DNA of 61,514 nt, filler included. It is 5 parts of 5 records of this genome, joined end to end, with 100 filler letters (N's around TTAATTAATTAA, not from the genome) between each part and the next. Parts side by side here need not be neighbours in the genome. Positions count along the whole stretch, not along the records: positions 56,177 to 61,514 come from SRR31156797_3782; 4 more parts are not named here. One strand, written 5' to 3'. Numbering within the stretch: the first letter of the stretch is position 1; each line of letters opens with the position of its first letter. Made by a program: the position numbers and the translations under genes. The notes under the pieces were generated by a model. The model was not told the origin of the DNA, did not search any database, and worked only from the letters and a program-made list of their open reading frames with translations. Of this stretch, positions 60,313 to 61,514 are shown in pieces.

Positions 60313-61514
60313 CTATTCTGTCTCAGGTTTTGAATTTGCCACATTGTTTGAAACAGATTTTTTATATACTTCAGCAATAACATCAAATAAACTATAAGCA
60401 GATGAGTCATAATCAGTTATAAACCCAAATTGTTCATTTAGGCCTTTCAAAAAAGCAAAGTCATAAGTAACACCTTCGACCGACACACCTTTTGATTCAT
60501 ACTCTAATAAACCATTATGTAAACTAATCGTTTTATCAACATAATAACCACTATTTTTCAACCTTCCAAAATGACCTTTAGCCATTCCATCAATATCAAC
60601 CTCATTATTGAACTGCTGTTCATAACTCTCGATTTCTCTTGATTTTCTATCCTTACCTTCAGCTGTCGTACTTTCATCAACTGACTTTTGATATTCTGCT
60701 ACAGCTTTTTCAAGTGTTCTAGCACCTTCGATAAACTCACCTGAGCTATCTGTATAGCCATACTCACTGTTATTTCTAAGTTGACCCTGATTAATCATTG
60801 AATCACGCTTTGAGTTAGCCGTCTTAAGCTCAGAAACCATTTTTTCAAATGGTGTGTCCTCTTCACCCTCTGCACTAGTTCCATCGAGCTTAACAGAAGC
60901 GTCAGAAGTATCTAGAGCCACATTCTTATTAGCTACATCTAGCTCAACAGTCTTATCGGTTGTATCTAAAGGGATATTCTTATTAGTTGTATCAAGTTCT
61001 ACTGTTTTACCAGTGCTATCTAAATCAATACTTTTACCTGTAGTATCAAGAGATACAAATTTATCACTAGTATTAAGATTAACACTCTTACCTGATGTAT
61101 CCAAAGCAATCTCAGTACCTTCCTCAACTGCAACCGCTAATTGTACCCCATCAGTTGTGACCGAAACATACTTACCCTCTGTATCTAAAGTAACAGTCCC
61201 TGTAATTTCATCAATACTAAGCCTTGTACCATCAGGCACATTTACAGCAATTGACTTTGTATCATCCCAATCTAATTGAACAGTTTTATCAGTTGTATCA
61301 AGTTCTACTTTTGCATTAGTAGTATCTAAACTCATTTTTGCATTTCCACCAGACAGCCAATCCTTGTCAGCTTGTGACATTGAAAACATTACATTTTTAT
61401 TGTCCAAATCAGTTGTATCTAAACTTAATGTTGGAGGAGTACCCCAATTTACTGTAACTTCACCACTCACTGTTGTACCTCCTGTATCTGATGGTGTAAA
61501 AGGTTGTGTTTCTT
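60313..61514 (-). CDS. repeat-rich fibre/spike-like protein (probably 5'-partial)
   Basis: Frame open past 61470 to the window edge (..ETQPFTPSDTGGTTVSGEV); tandem 9-aa LDT(T/S)xKxVx repeats. Confidence 0.7.
   Translation of the reverse strand, partial: ETQPFTPSDTGGTTVSGEVTVNWGTPPTLSLDTTDLDNKNVMFSMSQADKDWLSGGNAKMSLDTTNAKVELDTTDKTVQLDWDDTKSIAVNVPDGTRLSIDEITGTVTLDTEGKYVSVTTDGVQLAVAVEEGTEIALDTSGKSVNLNTSDKFVSLDTTGKSIDLDSTGKTVELDTTNKNIPLDTTDKTVELDVANKNVALDTSDASVKLDGTSAEGEEDTPFEKMVSELKTANSKRDSMINQGQLRNNSEYGYTDSSGEFIEGARTLEKAVAEYQKSVDESTTAEGKDRKSREIESYEQQFNNEVDIDGMAKGHFGRLKNSGYYVDKTISLHNGLLEYESKGVSVEGVTYDFAFLKGLNEQFGFITDYDSSAYSLFDVIAEVYKKSVSNNVANSKPETE
60877..61104 (-). repeat. about 8.5 tandem 27-nt (9-aa) coding repeats
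   Basis: LDTSGKSVN LNTSDKFVS LDTTGKSID LDSTGKTVE LDTTNKNIP LDTTDKTVE LDVANKNVA LDTSDASVK LDGT. Confidence 0.88.

Overview
The window joins five unrelated contigs with 100-nt artificial spacers (N-run, TTAATTAATTAA, N-run) at 18800-18899, 28698-28797, 39223-39322 and 56077-56176. Taxonomy below is inferred from gene content and composition. (1) 1-18799: very AT-rich, Arcobacter-like Campylobacterota. One end of a genomic island abuts a 5'-truncated comM. The island has a three-gene recombination module (437-aa tyrosine recombinase, 195-aa helical partner, 948-aa large tyrosine recombinase) resembling the GmtY/GmtX/GmtZ or SE modules known from Gammaproteobacteria. Its cargo looks defensive: a membrane NACHT NTPase, a YobI/KAP-like NTPase and a Fic protein. 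(2) 18900-28697: Methanosarcinaceae-like archaeon. Housekeeping genes, an AAA-ATPase cassette bracketed by 57-bp imperfect inverted repeats, and an internally duplicated soluble Cache/MCP-like protein. (3) 28798-39222: Bacteroidota rhamnosidase polysaccharide utilisation locus (GH106, GH78, ECF sigma, FecR, SusC). (4) 39323-56076: Desulfovibrionaceae core region (fdhABED, amidase, cheD, aroE, fabD, IHF, Ser/Thr kinase, acs). (5) 56177-61514: AT-rich contig with an IS256 fragment and a compact phage-like structural/lysis module made mostly of ORFs I cannot assign. The best candidates for an undescribed system are the comM-targeting dual-recombinase island with its NTPase pair, the unusual small-phage module, and the archaeal inverted-repeat cassette. 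All family calls come from motif recognition by eye; no searches were run.
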